In this document: positions 8,567 through 17,612 of the stretch, piece after piece
Numbering within the stretch: position 1 is the stretch's first letter
How the letters are laid out: every line of letters starts with the position of its first letter
Translations under genes and position numbers: made by a program
NCBI GenBank assembly: GCA_038874595.1
Contig: JAVZCB010000006.1
Coordinates: 9,599-73,598 of the forward strand
Direction: 5' to 3'
Source of the DNA: Candidatus Micrarchaeia archaeon
GTDB lineage: Archaea > Micrarchaeota > Micrarchaeia > CAILAH01
DNA: 64,000 nucleotides
Notes under the pieces: generated by a model
Databases searched by the model: none
The model's input: only the letters and a program-made list of their open reading frames with translations
Told to the model about the DNA's origin: nothing

Positions 8567-9991
8567 ATGGGAAAGATATACATAGATACTATCAAGTATA
8601 TGGTGTATGCTGACTTTGAGATTAAAGGCCTTGTGGAGAAGCCGGATGTTGTAGGTGCAATTTTTGGCCAGACTGAAGGCCTGCTTGGTGACGAGCTTGA
8701 CCTGCGTGAGATGCAGAAAAGCGGCAGGATAGGCAGGATAGAGGTTGAGCTGACACCACGCGACGGCAAGAGCATCGGTAAGATACTACTTCCGTCAAGC
8801 CTTGACATGGTCGAGACTTCAGTAATTGCAGCCGCAATTGAGAGTGTTGACAGGGTCGGCCCGTGTGAGGCACGGATAACCGTCTCCAAGATTGAGGATA
8901 TGCGCAGTGTGAAGAGGAAACAGCTCGTCTCGCGTGCGAAATCCCTACTCAAGACACTCGTTACCGAGACGTTGCCGGAGAGCAAGGAAATCCTTGATAT
9001 GGTCCGTGATGAGGTTAAGGCTTCCGGTGTGGTTGAATATGGTCCCGAGCGCCTTGTTGCAGGGCCAGATATTGATACATACGATTCTATAATCGTGGTT
9101 GAGGGCCGTGCAGATGTGATAAACCTGCTCAAGAATGACATAAAAAACGTAATTGCGCTCGGTGGCGCATCCGTGCCCAAGACGATTGTTGAGCTCAGCA
9201 AGAAGAAGGAAATAACACTATTTCTTGATGGAGACCGCGGGGGCGACATAATCCTGAAAGAGATGCTGGCAGTTGGTGATATCGATTTCGTTGCAAGGGC
9301 GCCGCCCGGGACAGAGGTTGAAGAGCTTTCGAGAAAAGAGCTGATAAAGGCTCTCAGGAGCAAGGTGCCCGTCGAGCAGGCAGAATCGCAATTCTATGGC
9401 CGCAGCAAGAGACCGCCCTCACGCGATTTCCGTGAAAGGAACAAGCGTCTTGGTGAAGATGAGGAAGTCCAGGCTGAAAAGTCATCATACAAACAACCCT
9501 CATATGAGCAGCAGGAGCAGGTGGGAGCGCGCAGTGAATTGAGAAGGCAATCTTTCGTGCAGGAGCAGGATGAGCGTACAACTGCAGAGAGGCCGGCGGT
9601 ACGCCTTGAAAAGAGGGAGTTTGAGCGGTCGCAGCGTTATGAGCGCGCAGAGCAACAGCAGCCCGAGAAGGCCGCATCGCAGGATGATACCTCACAGGTG
9701 CCGGCTGTGATGCCGCAGGAGTTAAAGTTGCATCTTGATGAGCTGAACGGCACACTGAGGGCGCGGCTGCTTGGCCCTGCAAACGAGCTCATTAAAGAGC
9801 TGCCGGTGCGTGATTTGATAACTGAGCTTAATAGCAGCGAGTCTGCACCAGCATCAGTTGTGCTTGATGGGATAATAACACAGCGCCTGCTTGACCTTGC
9901 TGCAAGCAAGAAAATAAAAAGCATTGCAGGAATTAAGGTAGGCAGCATAACAAAGAGGCCTGCAGGGGTTGCCATATTCACATCACAGTAG
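8567..9991 (+). CDS. dnaG: archaeal DnaG primase / exosome-associated Toprim protein
   Basis: The N-terminus IKYMVYADFEIKGLVEKPDVVGAIFGQTEGLLGDELDLREMQKSGRIGRIEV is diagnostic for archaeal DnaG. Toprim motifs IIVVEGRADV and LFLDGDRGG are present. A long E/Q/R-rich linker spans about 9360-9720. Confidence 0.9.
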   Translation: MGKIYIDTIKYMVYADFEIKGLVEKPDVVGAIFGQTEGLLGDELDLREMQKSGRIGRIEVELTPRDGKSIGKILLPSSLDMVETSVIAAAIESVDRVGPCEARITVSKIEDMRSVKRKQLVSRAKSLLKTLVTETLPESKEILDMVRDEVKASGVVEYGPERLVAGPDIDTYDSIIVVEGRADVINLLKNDIKNVIALGGASVPKTIVELSKKKEITLFLDGDRGGDIILKEMLAVGDIDFVARAPPGTEVEELSRKELIKALRSKVPVEQAESQFYGRSKRPPSRDFRERNKRLGEDEEVQAEKSSYKQPSYEQQEQVGARSELRRQSFVQEQDERTTAERPAVRLEKREFERSQRYERAEQQQPEKAASQDDTSQVPAVMPQELKLHLDELNGTLRARLLGPANELIKELPVRDLITELNSSESAPASVVLDGIITQRLLDLAASKKIKSIAGIKVGSITKRPAGVAIFTSQ

Positions 9992-9997
9992 TAAGGT

Positions 9998-10552
9998 GTG
10001 TTTTTGAGGATTTATTTTATTACCTCAAATGTGCACAAGTTCCGTGAGGTCCGTGACATTGCAGAGCCTTACGGCGCTCATATAATCCAGGTACGAATGG
10101 AATACCCGGAGGTTCGTGCTGATACCTGCAAAGAAGTTGTGGAGAATGCTATTCATAGCCTAAAAAGGATGAAAGGGCTGAAGCGCCCGTTCATCGTTGA
10201 GGATTCAGGCCTGTTTATCGATGCGCTCAACGGTTTTCCAGGCCCATATTCGAAATGGGCCTATAATAAAATCGGCCTTGATGGGGTACTGGCACTCCTG
10301 AAAGGAGCTAAAAAAAGGGATGCGCACTTTATGTGTGCAATCGGATATTATGATGGCAAAGAGCCGCTGGTGTTCACAGGCAGTGTAGATGGCACGATCG
10401 CCACGAGAATAAGGGGTGAAAGCGGGTTTGCGTACGACCCGCTCTTTATTCCAAAGGGTTATAAATTTACCTTTGCTGAAAATATGACGCTCAAATCGAC
10501 GTTGTCCCATAGGGCACGGGCTGTCGAGCTGATGCTAAAATCAATAATATAG
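9998..10552 (+). CDS. non-canonical purine NTP pyrophosphatase (HAM1/RdgB/ITPase)
   Basis: YFITSNVHKFREV, FIVEDSGLFIDALNGFPGPYS, GFAYDPLFIP, LSHRARA. Start is GTG 9998 or TTG 10004, after an AAGGTG Shine-Dalgarno site. Confidence 0.85.
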   Translation: MFLRIYFITSNVHKFREVRDIAEPYGAHIIQVRMEYPEVRADTCKEVVENAIHSLKRMKGLKRPFIVEDSGLFIDALNGFPGPYSKWAYNKIGLDGVLALLKGAKKRDAHFMCAIGYYDGKEPLVFTGSVDGTIATRIRGESGFAYDPLFIPKGYKFTFAENMTLKSTLSHRARAVELMLKSII

Positions 10553-10565
10553 ATGAAGTGATAGG

Positions 10566-11021
10566 ATGGTAAGGTTACATACACGAAAGGCCGGTAAGGC
10601 GAAGCGTTCAAAGAAGCACTACCCGCGTGAAGCACCTTCGTGGTCTGACACCACCAGGGAGCAGATTGCGGATATGGCTGTTAAGCTTGCAAAAGAAGGG
10701 AAAGACCCTGCGCAGATTGGTGTTATACTGCGCGATACGCACGCAGTGCCAGATGTCAAGGCGATGACTGGTAAGAAGCTCACGAAACTGCTTGAAGAGA
10801 AGGGTGTGCGCAAGGAGTACCCGGCAGACCTCCTTGACCTGATTAAGAGGGCTGCAAGGATGAGGAAGCACCTTAGCGAAAATCATGCTGATAAGCACAA
10901 CAGGACACGGCTTCTCAGGGTCGAATCAAAAATCAGGAGGCTCGTTTCATATTACAACAAGACAGGTCGGCTTAACAACTGGAAATATGACCCGGAGCAG
11001 GCGGCATTATTGGTAAGGTGA
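10566..11021 (+). CDS. rps15: 30S ribosomal protein uS15 (S15P/S13e)
   Basis: 151 aa with an S13e-type N-terminal domain and an S15 C-terminal domain (NRTRLLRVESKIRRLVSYY). Confidence 0.9.
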   Translation: MVRLHTRKAGKAKRSKKHYPREAPSWSDTTREQIADMAVKLAKEGKDPAQIGVILRDTHAVPDVKAMTGKKLTKLLEEKGVRKEYPADLLDLIKRAARMRKHLSENHADKHNRTRLLRVESKIRRLVSYYNKTGRLNNWKYDPEQAALLVR

Positions 11022-11026
11022 CGTGA

Positions 11027-11659
11027 ATGGCAAAGTCTGACAAGTTCAAACTTAAATCCTGGTATGGTGTCATTGCACCAAAGATATTTGATGAGAAGAA
11101 GGTCGGCGAAATTGTAGGCCTTGATGATGAGAGCATTCTCGGCAGGGTAATAATTGCAAACCTTGCAGAGCTCACAGGCGAGATGCCACATAGTTATACG
11201 CGCATCAGCCTGAAAGTGCGAGATATAAAGGGAAAAACTGCATATACAAAGCTGATTGGTCACGAGCTGCTTCGCAGTTATCTTAGAACGATTGTGCGCA
11301 GGAGAATGTCTCTTGTTGATGATGTAGTGAAGGTCCGCACAAAAGATGGTATTGATGTTGCTGTTAAGACTGCAATTGTAACAGCAAACAGGGTAAGCCA
11401 GCCAACTCGTGTGACACTCCGCAAGATTGCTGAGGAAATAATACGCGAGAAGGCCTCAAAATTGGATTATGATTCCTTTATGCAGGAAATCCTGTTCAAG
11501 AAACTCGCATCCGCGATTTATAACAAGGCCAAGGTTATCGTACCTATTAAGCGCATTGAGATAATCAAGACCGAGCTTATAGAGCAAAAGAAGAAGGCAC
11601 AGAAGGCAGCGGATGCTGAGAAAACAGAGGCTCCAGATGCGGCGGTTTCTGCTGCATAA
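11027..11659 (+). CDS. rps3ae: 30S ribosomal protein eS1 (S3Ae)
   Basis: KSWYGVIAPKIFDEKKVGEI...TKLIGHELLRSYLRTIVRRR is the S3Ae pattern. Confidence 0.9.
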   Translation: MAKSDKFKLKSWYGVIAPKIFDEKKVGEIVGLDDESILGRVIIANLAELTGEMPHSYTRISLKVRDIKGKTAYTKLIGHELLRSYLRTIVRRRMSLVDDVVKVRTKDGIDVAVKTAIVTANRVSQPTRVTLRKIAEEIIREKASKLDYDSFMQEILFKKLASAIYNKAKVIVPIKRIEIIKTELIEQKKKAQKAADAEKTEAPDAAVSAA

Positions 11660-11671
11660 CTCTTTTTCATT

Positions 11672-12334
11672 TTAAAATAAGCTAAGCCAGTTCACTTTTA
11701 CTTCTGATTTATCCTTACTTATATATGCAAGCTGGATTTCAGCCGCTTCACCTTTCTTTGCAGGCCCGAGCTTGACAATGTTTGTATTCCCAACTTTCAT
11801 ATGCCCCTTATGCTCATGCACATGCCCGCATACCAGGAGGAACGGCTCGCACGCGTGCATAAGCTTCAGGATGCTCCGAGACCCTATATGCACATCCATC
11901 CCAACATCATCAAAATACCCGAACGGTGGCGTGTGCGATAACACAATTGCCGGGGGTGTGAGCTCTACATCCTTAAGTTTGGGCCACAGTTCATCATCAT
12001 AGTACTCATATGGGGTGTAAAAAGGCCCTCTAAGGCCTCCTCCGATACCAAAAATTGAATATTTCATTGTAAATTTTGCAGTTTTTTGTTCTACATATCC
12101 AGGGAAACTGGAGAGTACCCTCCGGACAGCCTCATCATCCATATTACCTGGTATTAAGTATGTTGGAACACTTTCAAGCATCTCAAGCACGCTCAATGCA
12201 TACGTGGCGTCTCCGTTATCTGCAATATCACCAGCTATGAAAACCACATCATACTTTTTTTTGGTTAGAAGGCTCCGGATACCATCCAGGACGCGCTGTT
12301 CGCTGTGCAAATCTGAGAGTGCAAGCGCTTTCAA
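11672..12334 (-). CDS. calcineurin-like metallophosphoesterase
   Basis: ALSDLH, FIAGDIADNG, PGNMD, SHTPP and CGHVHEH motifs. Confidence 0.8.
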   Translation of the reverse strand: MKALALSDLHSEQRVLDGIRSLLTKKKYDVVFIAGDIADNGDATYALSVLEMLESVPTYLIPGNMDDEAVRRVLSSFPGYVEQKTAKFTMKYSIFGIGGGLRGPFYTPYEYYDDELWPKLKDVELTPPAIVLSHTPPFGYFDDVGMDVHIGSRSILKLMHACEPFLLVCGHVHEHKGHMKVGNTNIVKLGPAKKGEAAEIQLAYISKDKSEVKVNWLSLF

Positions 12335-12336
12335 GC

Positions 12337-13368
12337 TCAGAACCTCCCCCTACCACGTTTTGACCTGAACTTACCTCCCCTGCCAAACCCGCGCTCGCCA
12401 CGTGATTCATTGCTGTTTCTCTCGAACCTCTCAACATCCCTGCGCTCACGCTTCTCAAACCTCTCGTGCTCTTTACCAGTAGGCCTGTTGCCTCTCTGGC
12501 CCCTGCCAGCATCGTGCTGTCTGCCGCGCTCAGCAAACCTCTGCCTGAACCTCTCCTCTTTCTCTTTCTGCTCCCTCTCAATGTCCTCCTTTGTGGCCAC
12601 ACCTGATTTCTTTACAATCTCTGCAATCTTCCTGTCAAGGTCCTCCTTGAGCTTAGGCGCAATGAAGTTATGCGTGTATGTATCGGCCTTTGCAGCGATT
12701 GATATCTTTGCAGCAAGGAGCCTTGCCACCTTGCCGCGGTCGGCTTTCTTAATCCCGCGCATTGCAGGGTGTAGGAATATGATACCGTGTTTTGGCGGTT
12801 TTGTATGCTTAATCAGATGCATAAACAGTGCTTTCTCAGCACCCATAACCTGTATGCTGCTTGCTGGGAGGACAGCAAGCCGTTTCAGGCCTTTTGCGCT
12901 GACTATCAGCTTGGTTGCGAGTGTGTTACCTACCAGGTATGACAGGTTTGGTGCAATCTTCTGCACCGTCTTCTCAATGTAATCACTCAGGTAATCGCGC
13001 ACTTCATACATTCCCCTGAGGCTCCTTGCATACTCCTGCAATGCGTGCAGGTCCTCAACAGGTATGCTTGAGCCCATTGACTCACGCTTAGGCAGTAGCC
13101 GTGCGGCTTTCTCACTGAGCAGTTTCTCGGTTTCCGGTTGCTCTTTTATATACTTCTCAACAATCTCAAGGTATACCTTCCTATCCTCAGTATCAGGAAG
13201 CTCTGGCAGGTATATCTGGTACCAGTTTCTCACACTCTCGAACATCTCGTTCAGGACAGCATCTATCGTATCAACTGCGGCTGATGCATGCATCAGAAAA
13301 TCCTCGGTTGAATATGACTTTTTCAAGTCAGACTTGACTTGCCTTAATAAGTCTTCCCTGCTAACCAT
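12337..13368 (-). CDS. nop5: Nop5 (Nop56/58) box C/D sRNP core protein with an Arg/Glu/Gly-rich C-terminal tail
   Basis: Nop domain LAVLPASSIQVMGAEKALFMHLIKHTKPPKHGIIFLHPAMRG. The tail reads ...RGERGFGRGGKFRSKRGRGRF. Confidence 0.88.
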   Translation of the reverse strand: MVSREDLLRQVKSDLKKSYSTEDFLMHASAAVDTIDAVLNEMFESVRNWYQIYLPELPDTEDRKVYLEIVEKYIKEQPETEKLLSEKAARLLPKRESMGSSIPVEDLHALQEYARSLRGMYEVRDYLSDYIEKTVQKIAPNLSYLVGNTLATKLIVSAKGLKRLAVLPASSIQVMGAEKALFMHLIKHTKPPKHGIIFLHPAMRGIKKADRGKVARLLAAKISIAAKADTYTHNFIAPKLKEDLDRKIAEIVKKSGVATKEDIEREQKEKEERFRQRFAERGRQHDAGRGQRGNRPTGKEHERFEKRERRDVERFERNSNESRGERGFGRGGKFRSKRGRGRF

Positions 13369-13447
13369 TACATCACTCTCATTTACCTCGTGTTTTAAAG
13401 GATTATGGGGGACAAATTAATTAACTTTGTGCCGCATAAGTTTTCCC

Positions 13448-14980
13448 ATGCATGAGAAGCTATTCAACATGATGGCGCGCCGCGCCGTTATAATACCCAC
13501 AGCAGAGATTTACAACCCGGTCGCGGGGTTCTACGACTACGGGCCAATAGGGCTGCTCATAAAAAGAAAGATAGTTGATATATGGCGTGAGATATTCATT
13601 AAAGAGTGCGGGTTCCTTGAGATTGACGGCTCAACGCTGCTTCCGGAGATTGCACTGAAAGCGTCCGGTCACGTTGACCATTTCAATGACCCGTTAACGG
13701 AGTGCAAGAAGTGCCACAGGAGATATCGTGCAGACCATCTTCTTGAGGATGCAAAGATTGACGCGTCGCATATGACAAATGAGCAGATGACTGTGGCAAT
13801 TGCAGCTAATAATATAAAATGCAGTGCGTGCGGTGGCGACCTTGATGAGGTTAAGCCGTTCAATTTGATGTTCAAGACATCTGTTGGTGCTGTTGACGGC
13901 AGTTCCGCCACGATATATTTGCGCCCTGAAACTGCCCAGAATATTTTTATGGACTTCAATAAGCTGTTCAACACATATGGTGCAAAGCTGCCTATGGGCA
14001 TAGGCCAGGTTGGGCGGACGTACAGGAATGAGATTGCACCGCGCCAGGGGTTAATTCGTGTAAGGGAATTTGAGCAGATGGAGCTTGAGTATTTCTTTGA
14101 CCCGCAAGATGATGATTCCGCATATCTTGAGCAGGTCAAAGATATAGTAGTGCCGTTGCAAACACGTGAGCAGCAGCGGAAAAAGGAAAACTTTGATTTT
14201 GTATCTCTGGGAGATGCTTATGAAAGCGGTGATATCCCGGTGCGTACTGTCGCATATTTTATGGCCAAGGAGCAGAAGCTCCTGAATGCGCTCGGCATAA
14301 CAAATTTCAGGTTCAGGCATCTTATGGAGGATGAGACGCCGCATTACTCAGGCGGCAATTTTGATGTTGAGATACCAACAAAGGTTGGTTGGATGGAAGT
14401 TATCAGCCTAGCTTACAGGACAAATTATGACCTAGCAAGGCATAAGGAGTTTTCAGGCAAGAACCTTGAGGTCACGTTTAATGATAAGAAGGTGCTCCCC
14501 CACGTTATCGAGCCGTCCATTGGCCTGGGTCGCCTATTCTGGTGTGCCCTTGAGCACGCGTATGTTGAGGATAAGGAGCGCGGCTGGGATTGGCTTAACC
14601 TGCCGCCCAGGATTGCACCGTATGATGCGTACATATTGCCTTTGATGAAAAAGGACGGTATGCCAGAGAAGGCAAAGGAGATTTATGCGCAGCTGCTTAC
14701 GATGTTTGATGTATACTATGATGCAAGCGGCAGTGTAGGTCGCAGGTATGCAAAGGCCGATGAGATAGGTGTACCGTATTGCATCACGGTGGATTACCAG
14801 ACGTTTGAGGACGGGACTGTAACGGTGCGGTTCAGGAACGATGGCAAGCAAGCTCGTATCCCTCTTGATATCCTATCAACCGAGCTTATGCGGTTCAAAT
14901 ATAACGGTGTTGTTGAAGGCGCGAAGAGCGGGCTGCCTCTTATATCAGAACAGCCTAAGGAGCCGGCATCAAAAGAATAA
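13448..14980 (+). CDS. glyS: glycyl-tRNA synthetase (archaeal/eukaryotic alpha2 type)
   Basis: GFYDYGPIGLLIKRKIVDIWREIF, RPETAQNIFMDF, FRNEIAPRQGLIRVREFEQME. ATG 13448 is preferred over the TTG 13427 given in the track. Confidence 0.9.
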   Translation: MHEKLFNMMARRAVIIPTAEIYNPVAGFYDYGPIGLLIKRKIVDIWREIFIKECGFLEIDGSTLLPEIALKASGHVDHFNDPLTECKKCHRRYRADHLLEDAKIDASHMTNEQMTVAIAANNIKCSACGGDLDEVKPFNLMFKTSVGAVDGSSATIYLRPETAQNIFMDFNKLFNTYGAKLPMGIGQVGRTYRNEIAPRQGLIRVREFEQMELEYFFDPQDDDSAYLEQVKDIVVPLQTREQQRKKENFDFVSLGDAYESGDIPVRTVAYFMAKEQKLLNALGITNFRFRHLMEDETPHYSGGNFDVEIPTKVGWMEVISLAYRTNYDLARHKEFSGKNLEVTFNDKKVLPHVIEPSIGLGRLFWCALEHAYVEDKERGWDWLNLPPRIAPYDAYILPLMKKDGMPEKAKEIYAQLLTMFDVYYDASGSVGRRYAKADEIGVPYCITVDYQTFEDGTVTVRFRNDGKQARIPLDILSTELMRFKYNGVVEGAKSGLPLISEQPKEPASKE

Positions 14981-15081
14981 GCAGTGGAACTTATGGTTTT
15001 TAGGGGTTTTGGCCCTGGCAGGATATATAATAGAAATGTTTATCAGTGTTATCCCTTTCCAATAATACGCAAGGTGCTTGT

Positions 15082-15888
15082 ATGGCCAGCAATGGGAAGA
15101 TGCATTATAACGGCACAAAATCAAAAAATGGTAATGACGAGGGGTTTAAGCAGTTAAGCCCGCTCACTGAAAAGGAGAAGGCCTATCTCAGGGATAAGTT
15201 TTGGGTTGGCATCCGCTGTGGCTCAAAACTGTTTGTAGCATCTGCGGTTGAGAATGGTATTAGTGTAAACAGTACTGATGAGCACGGTTCTCCTGCAATA
15301 ATAACAGCGATAATGCACAATCATAATCATATAGTAGATTACCTTATTGACAATAATGCGGATGTTAATTGTGTATATAGAGGCGAAACGCCGCTCATAG
15401 TTGCTGTTAGGGTTATGAATGCTGAAATCATAGATATGCTATTAAAGCGTAATGTGGATGTGAACTTCAGGGATGCGCACGGGTTTATTGCGCTCTCATA
15501 TGCAATCACGTTTGGCAGCGAGAGTATTATCAGGCGCCTTGTTGATAATGGCTCTGACATAAACAGCAGCTCAAATATAGGGATGACACCACTTGCGCTG
15601 GCATTATCGGCACGAAAGGTAAGCATTGCAAAGTATCTCATCAGTAAAGGTGCAGATGTGCTTAAAGCAGATAATCAGGGCATAACACCACTAATGCGCG
15701 CAGCAGTAATTCCTGAGTACCTTGAACCTGCTGAGCTAATAACTGAAATCATATCGCGTGGTGCAGATGTTAATGCAGTGGACAATGCGGGGAGGACAGC
15801 ATACTATTATGCACGGCAGTATGAGTGTTTTTCAAATGCAAAATTGCTCAGGAAACACGGTGCAAAGATAGGATTTCTTTGGTGGTAA
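15082..15888 (+). CDS. ankyrin-repeat protein
   Basis: About six tandem ANK units (e.g. HGSPAIITAIMHNHNHIVDYLIDNNADVN, GMTPLALALSARKVSIAKYLISKGADV). ATG 15082 follows AAGGTG. TATA at 15023-15032. Confidence 0.85.
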   Translation: MASNGKMHYNGTKSKNGNDEGFKQLSPLTEKEKAYLRDKFWVGIRCGSKLFVASAVENGISVNSTDEHGSPAIITAIMHNHNHIVDYLIDNNADVNCVYRGETPLIVAVRVMNAEIIDMLLKRNVDVNFRDAHGFIALSYAITFGSESIIRRLVDNGSDINSSSNIGMTPLALALSARKVSIAKYLISKGADVLKADNQGITPLMRAAVIPEYLEPAELITEIISRGADVNAVDNAGRTAYYYARQYECFSNAKLLRKHGAKIGFLWW

Positions 15889-15903
15889 TAAAGGAATTTA
15901 TTT

Positions 15904-16518
15904 TCAAGAAAGCTTTACAAACTGTACTGGCATCAACCGCATTAATTCAATATTTCCATTCTTTTTTATGCCCTTAAACAGCCACTGGAACATATCACCC
16001 ATAGGCAATATAATTATGCCTCCATCACGAAGCTGCTTTTCCCATGCCGGATAAACTTTATCACACGCAGCACTTACAATTATCCTATCGTAAGGCGCAT
16101 GCTTATCATAGCCGTTCTTCCCATCTGCGTTTATTAATTCAATATTCTTTATGTTAAGCTTATCAAGCAGATCTTTTGCGCAATCAGAAAATTTCTTTAT
16201 TTTATCTATGCTTACAACGCGCCCTTCTTTACCCACCAGCTCGGAAATGAGCGCGGTCTGCCACGCACATCCCGTCCCTATCTCTAATACAGTATGCCCT
16301 TTTTTCAAGCCGAGAAGTGAGAGCATTGTAGCAACCATGCTCGGTGCAGAGCACGTCTGCCCTTCACCGATTGGGACCGGAAGGTCATAGTATGCATTCT
16401 GTATCTCTTCCAGCGGTAAAAACAATTCGCGCGGGTATTTGAGCATTGCAGCCGCAACCTCCGGTGCCGCAATACCCATCTGAAGAAGCTCTTTTACGAG
16501 CTCTTCATTGGTTCGCAT
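15904..16518 (-). CDS. pcm: protein-L-isoaspartate O-methyltransferase
   Basis: PIGEGQTCSAPSMVATMLSLLGLKKGHTVLEIGTGCAWQTALISELVG. Confidence 0.9.
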   Translation of the reverse strand: MRTNEELVKELLQMGIAAPEVAAAMLKYPRELFLPLEEIQNAYYDLPVPIGEGQTCSAPSMVATMLSLLGLKKGHTVLEIGTGCAWQTALISELVGKEGRVVSIDKIKKFSDCAKDLLDKLNIKNIELINADGKNGYDKHAPYDRIIVSAACDKVYPAWEKQLRDGGIIILPMGDMFQWLFKGIKKNGNIELMRLMPVQFVKLS

Positions 16519-16524
16519 ATGATA

Positions 16525-16839
16525 TCAGCCGAAAATGGAGCCGAACCCGCTCTGTGCAGCCTCTTCCTCCTCGTTAACCCTCTTAACTATCTCAGACGTC
16601 TTCTCCTGCGGTAGCACCTCAAGCCCTACTACCTCTTTGAGCTTCAGGTCAGCCTCCTTTTTGAACTCTTCACTAACGTTTCTTATTATCAGCAGTGTTT
16701 TCCCGGGCAGGCCGTAATCTGTCCCGTCCTTCTGCACAAACCCGCGCGTCGCAAATGCGAGCGGACCGAACTTATCCCCTTCAACTATTGACATTGCCTT
16801 TGCCTTTTCAGTGTTTGGGAATGAGTAAACGATATCCAT
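16525..16839 (-). CDS. hypothetical small acidic protein with a ribosomal-stalk-like C-terminal tail
   Basis: 104 aa ending NEEEEAAQSGFGSIFG, which resembles the aP1/L12 tail ...EEE..GLxxLFG. The N-terminal domain does not resemble aP1. Confidence 0.5.
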   Translation of the reverse strand: MDIVYSFPNTEKAKAMSIVEGDKFGPLAFATRGFVQKDGTDYGLPGKTLLIIRNVSEEFKKEADLKLKEVVGLEVLPQEKTSEIVKRVNEEEEAAQSGFGSIFG

Positions 16840-16840
16840 C

Positions 16841-17611
16841 TCATACCACCTTTGCCATAATTCTGCTCAGTTCATTATATAAACTTGGTGAGCATACCAC
16901 AATATTTTCATCTTCAGGCTCTTTGCTGTGCAAACCGCCAGATATACACCCGCTTTCCTGTGCTATGAGCAGGCCAGCTTTGAAATCCCACGGTTTCAGC
17001 CCTATTCCAATGAACGCATCTGCACGACCGGATGCAGTATAGCAAAGCTCAAGCGCTGCACTACCGAGCTTTCGCATATCAAACGCCTCGCGCTTGAACA
17101 CGTCCATAAACTTTAAGAACATCCTGATATCCTCTTCCTTTGGGCTGTGGCACGAAGTAATGAATGCTTTCTTCATATCACTATTTTGTGAAGGAGATAT
17201 CTTGTTTCCATTCAGAAATGCACCCTTTCCTTTTTCTGCGTAGAACATCTCATCAATCACGGGGTTGTATACTGCACCGCATATGATATTGCCTTCCTGC
17301 TCAAGCGCAATTGATACGTTGAAGTACGGAATATGATGGAAAAAATTAGTTGTCCCATCTAACGGGTCAATGTACCACGTAAATTCGCTATTATCGCCAC
17401 CAATCGTACCGCTCTCCTCTGCAACAATCCTGTGCCCTTTGAATGTTTCTGATAAGTATTCTATGATAATCTGCTCTGCACCCTTATCCGCCTGTGTAAC
17501 AATATCCCTCTCACCCTTATACTGTGCACTTACATTACGGGATACAAACATCTCACGCAAAAATTCGCCTGCAATCTTTGCGGTATAAACAGCCTCATTC
17601 AGGTAATTCAT
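16841..17611 (-). CDS. suhB: inositol monophosphatase / FBPase-family phosphatase
   Basis: EESG, WYIDPLDGTTNF, WDFKAGLLIAQESG. Start moved to ATG 17611 so the gene abuts the fni stop rather than overlapping it. Confidence 0.85.
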   Translation of the reverse strand: MNYLNEAVYTAKIAGEFLREMFVSRNVSAQYKGERDIVTQADKGAEQIIIEYLSETFKGHRIVAEESGTIGGDNSEFTWYIDPLDGTTNFFHHIPYFNVSIALEQEGNIICGAVYNPVIDEMFYAEKGKGAFLNGNKISPSQNSDMKKAFITSCHSPKEEDIRMFLKFMDVFKREAFDMRKLGSAALELCYTASGRADAFIGIGLKPWDFKAGLLIAQESGCISGGLHSKEPEDENIVVCSPSLYNELSRIMAKVV

Positions 17612-17612
17612 C

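Noticed and set aside
8317-9363. 348-aa minus-strand ORF
   Set aside because: Extremely Ser/Thr/Ile/Pro-rich with no motifs. It lies fully antisense to the Toprim gene and archaeal DnaG, both of which have diagnostic motifs.
16525-16839. Annotating the 104-aa protein as ribosomal stalk protein aP1/L12
   Set aside because: Only the last ~15 residues resemble aP1. The N-terminal domain does not match the aP1 helical dimerisation domain, and there is no aP0/L10 neighbour. It is kept as hypothetical.
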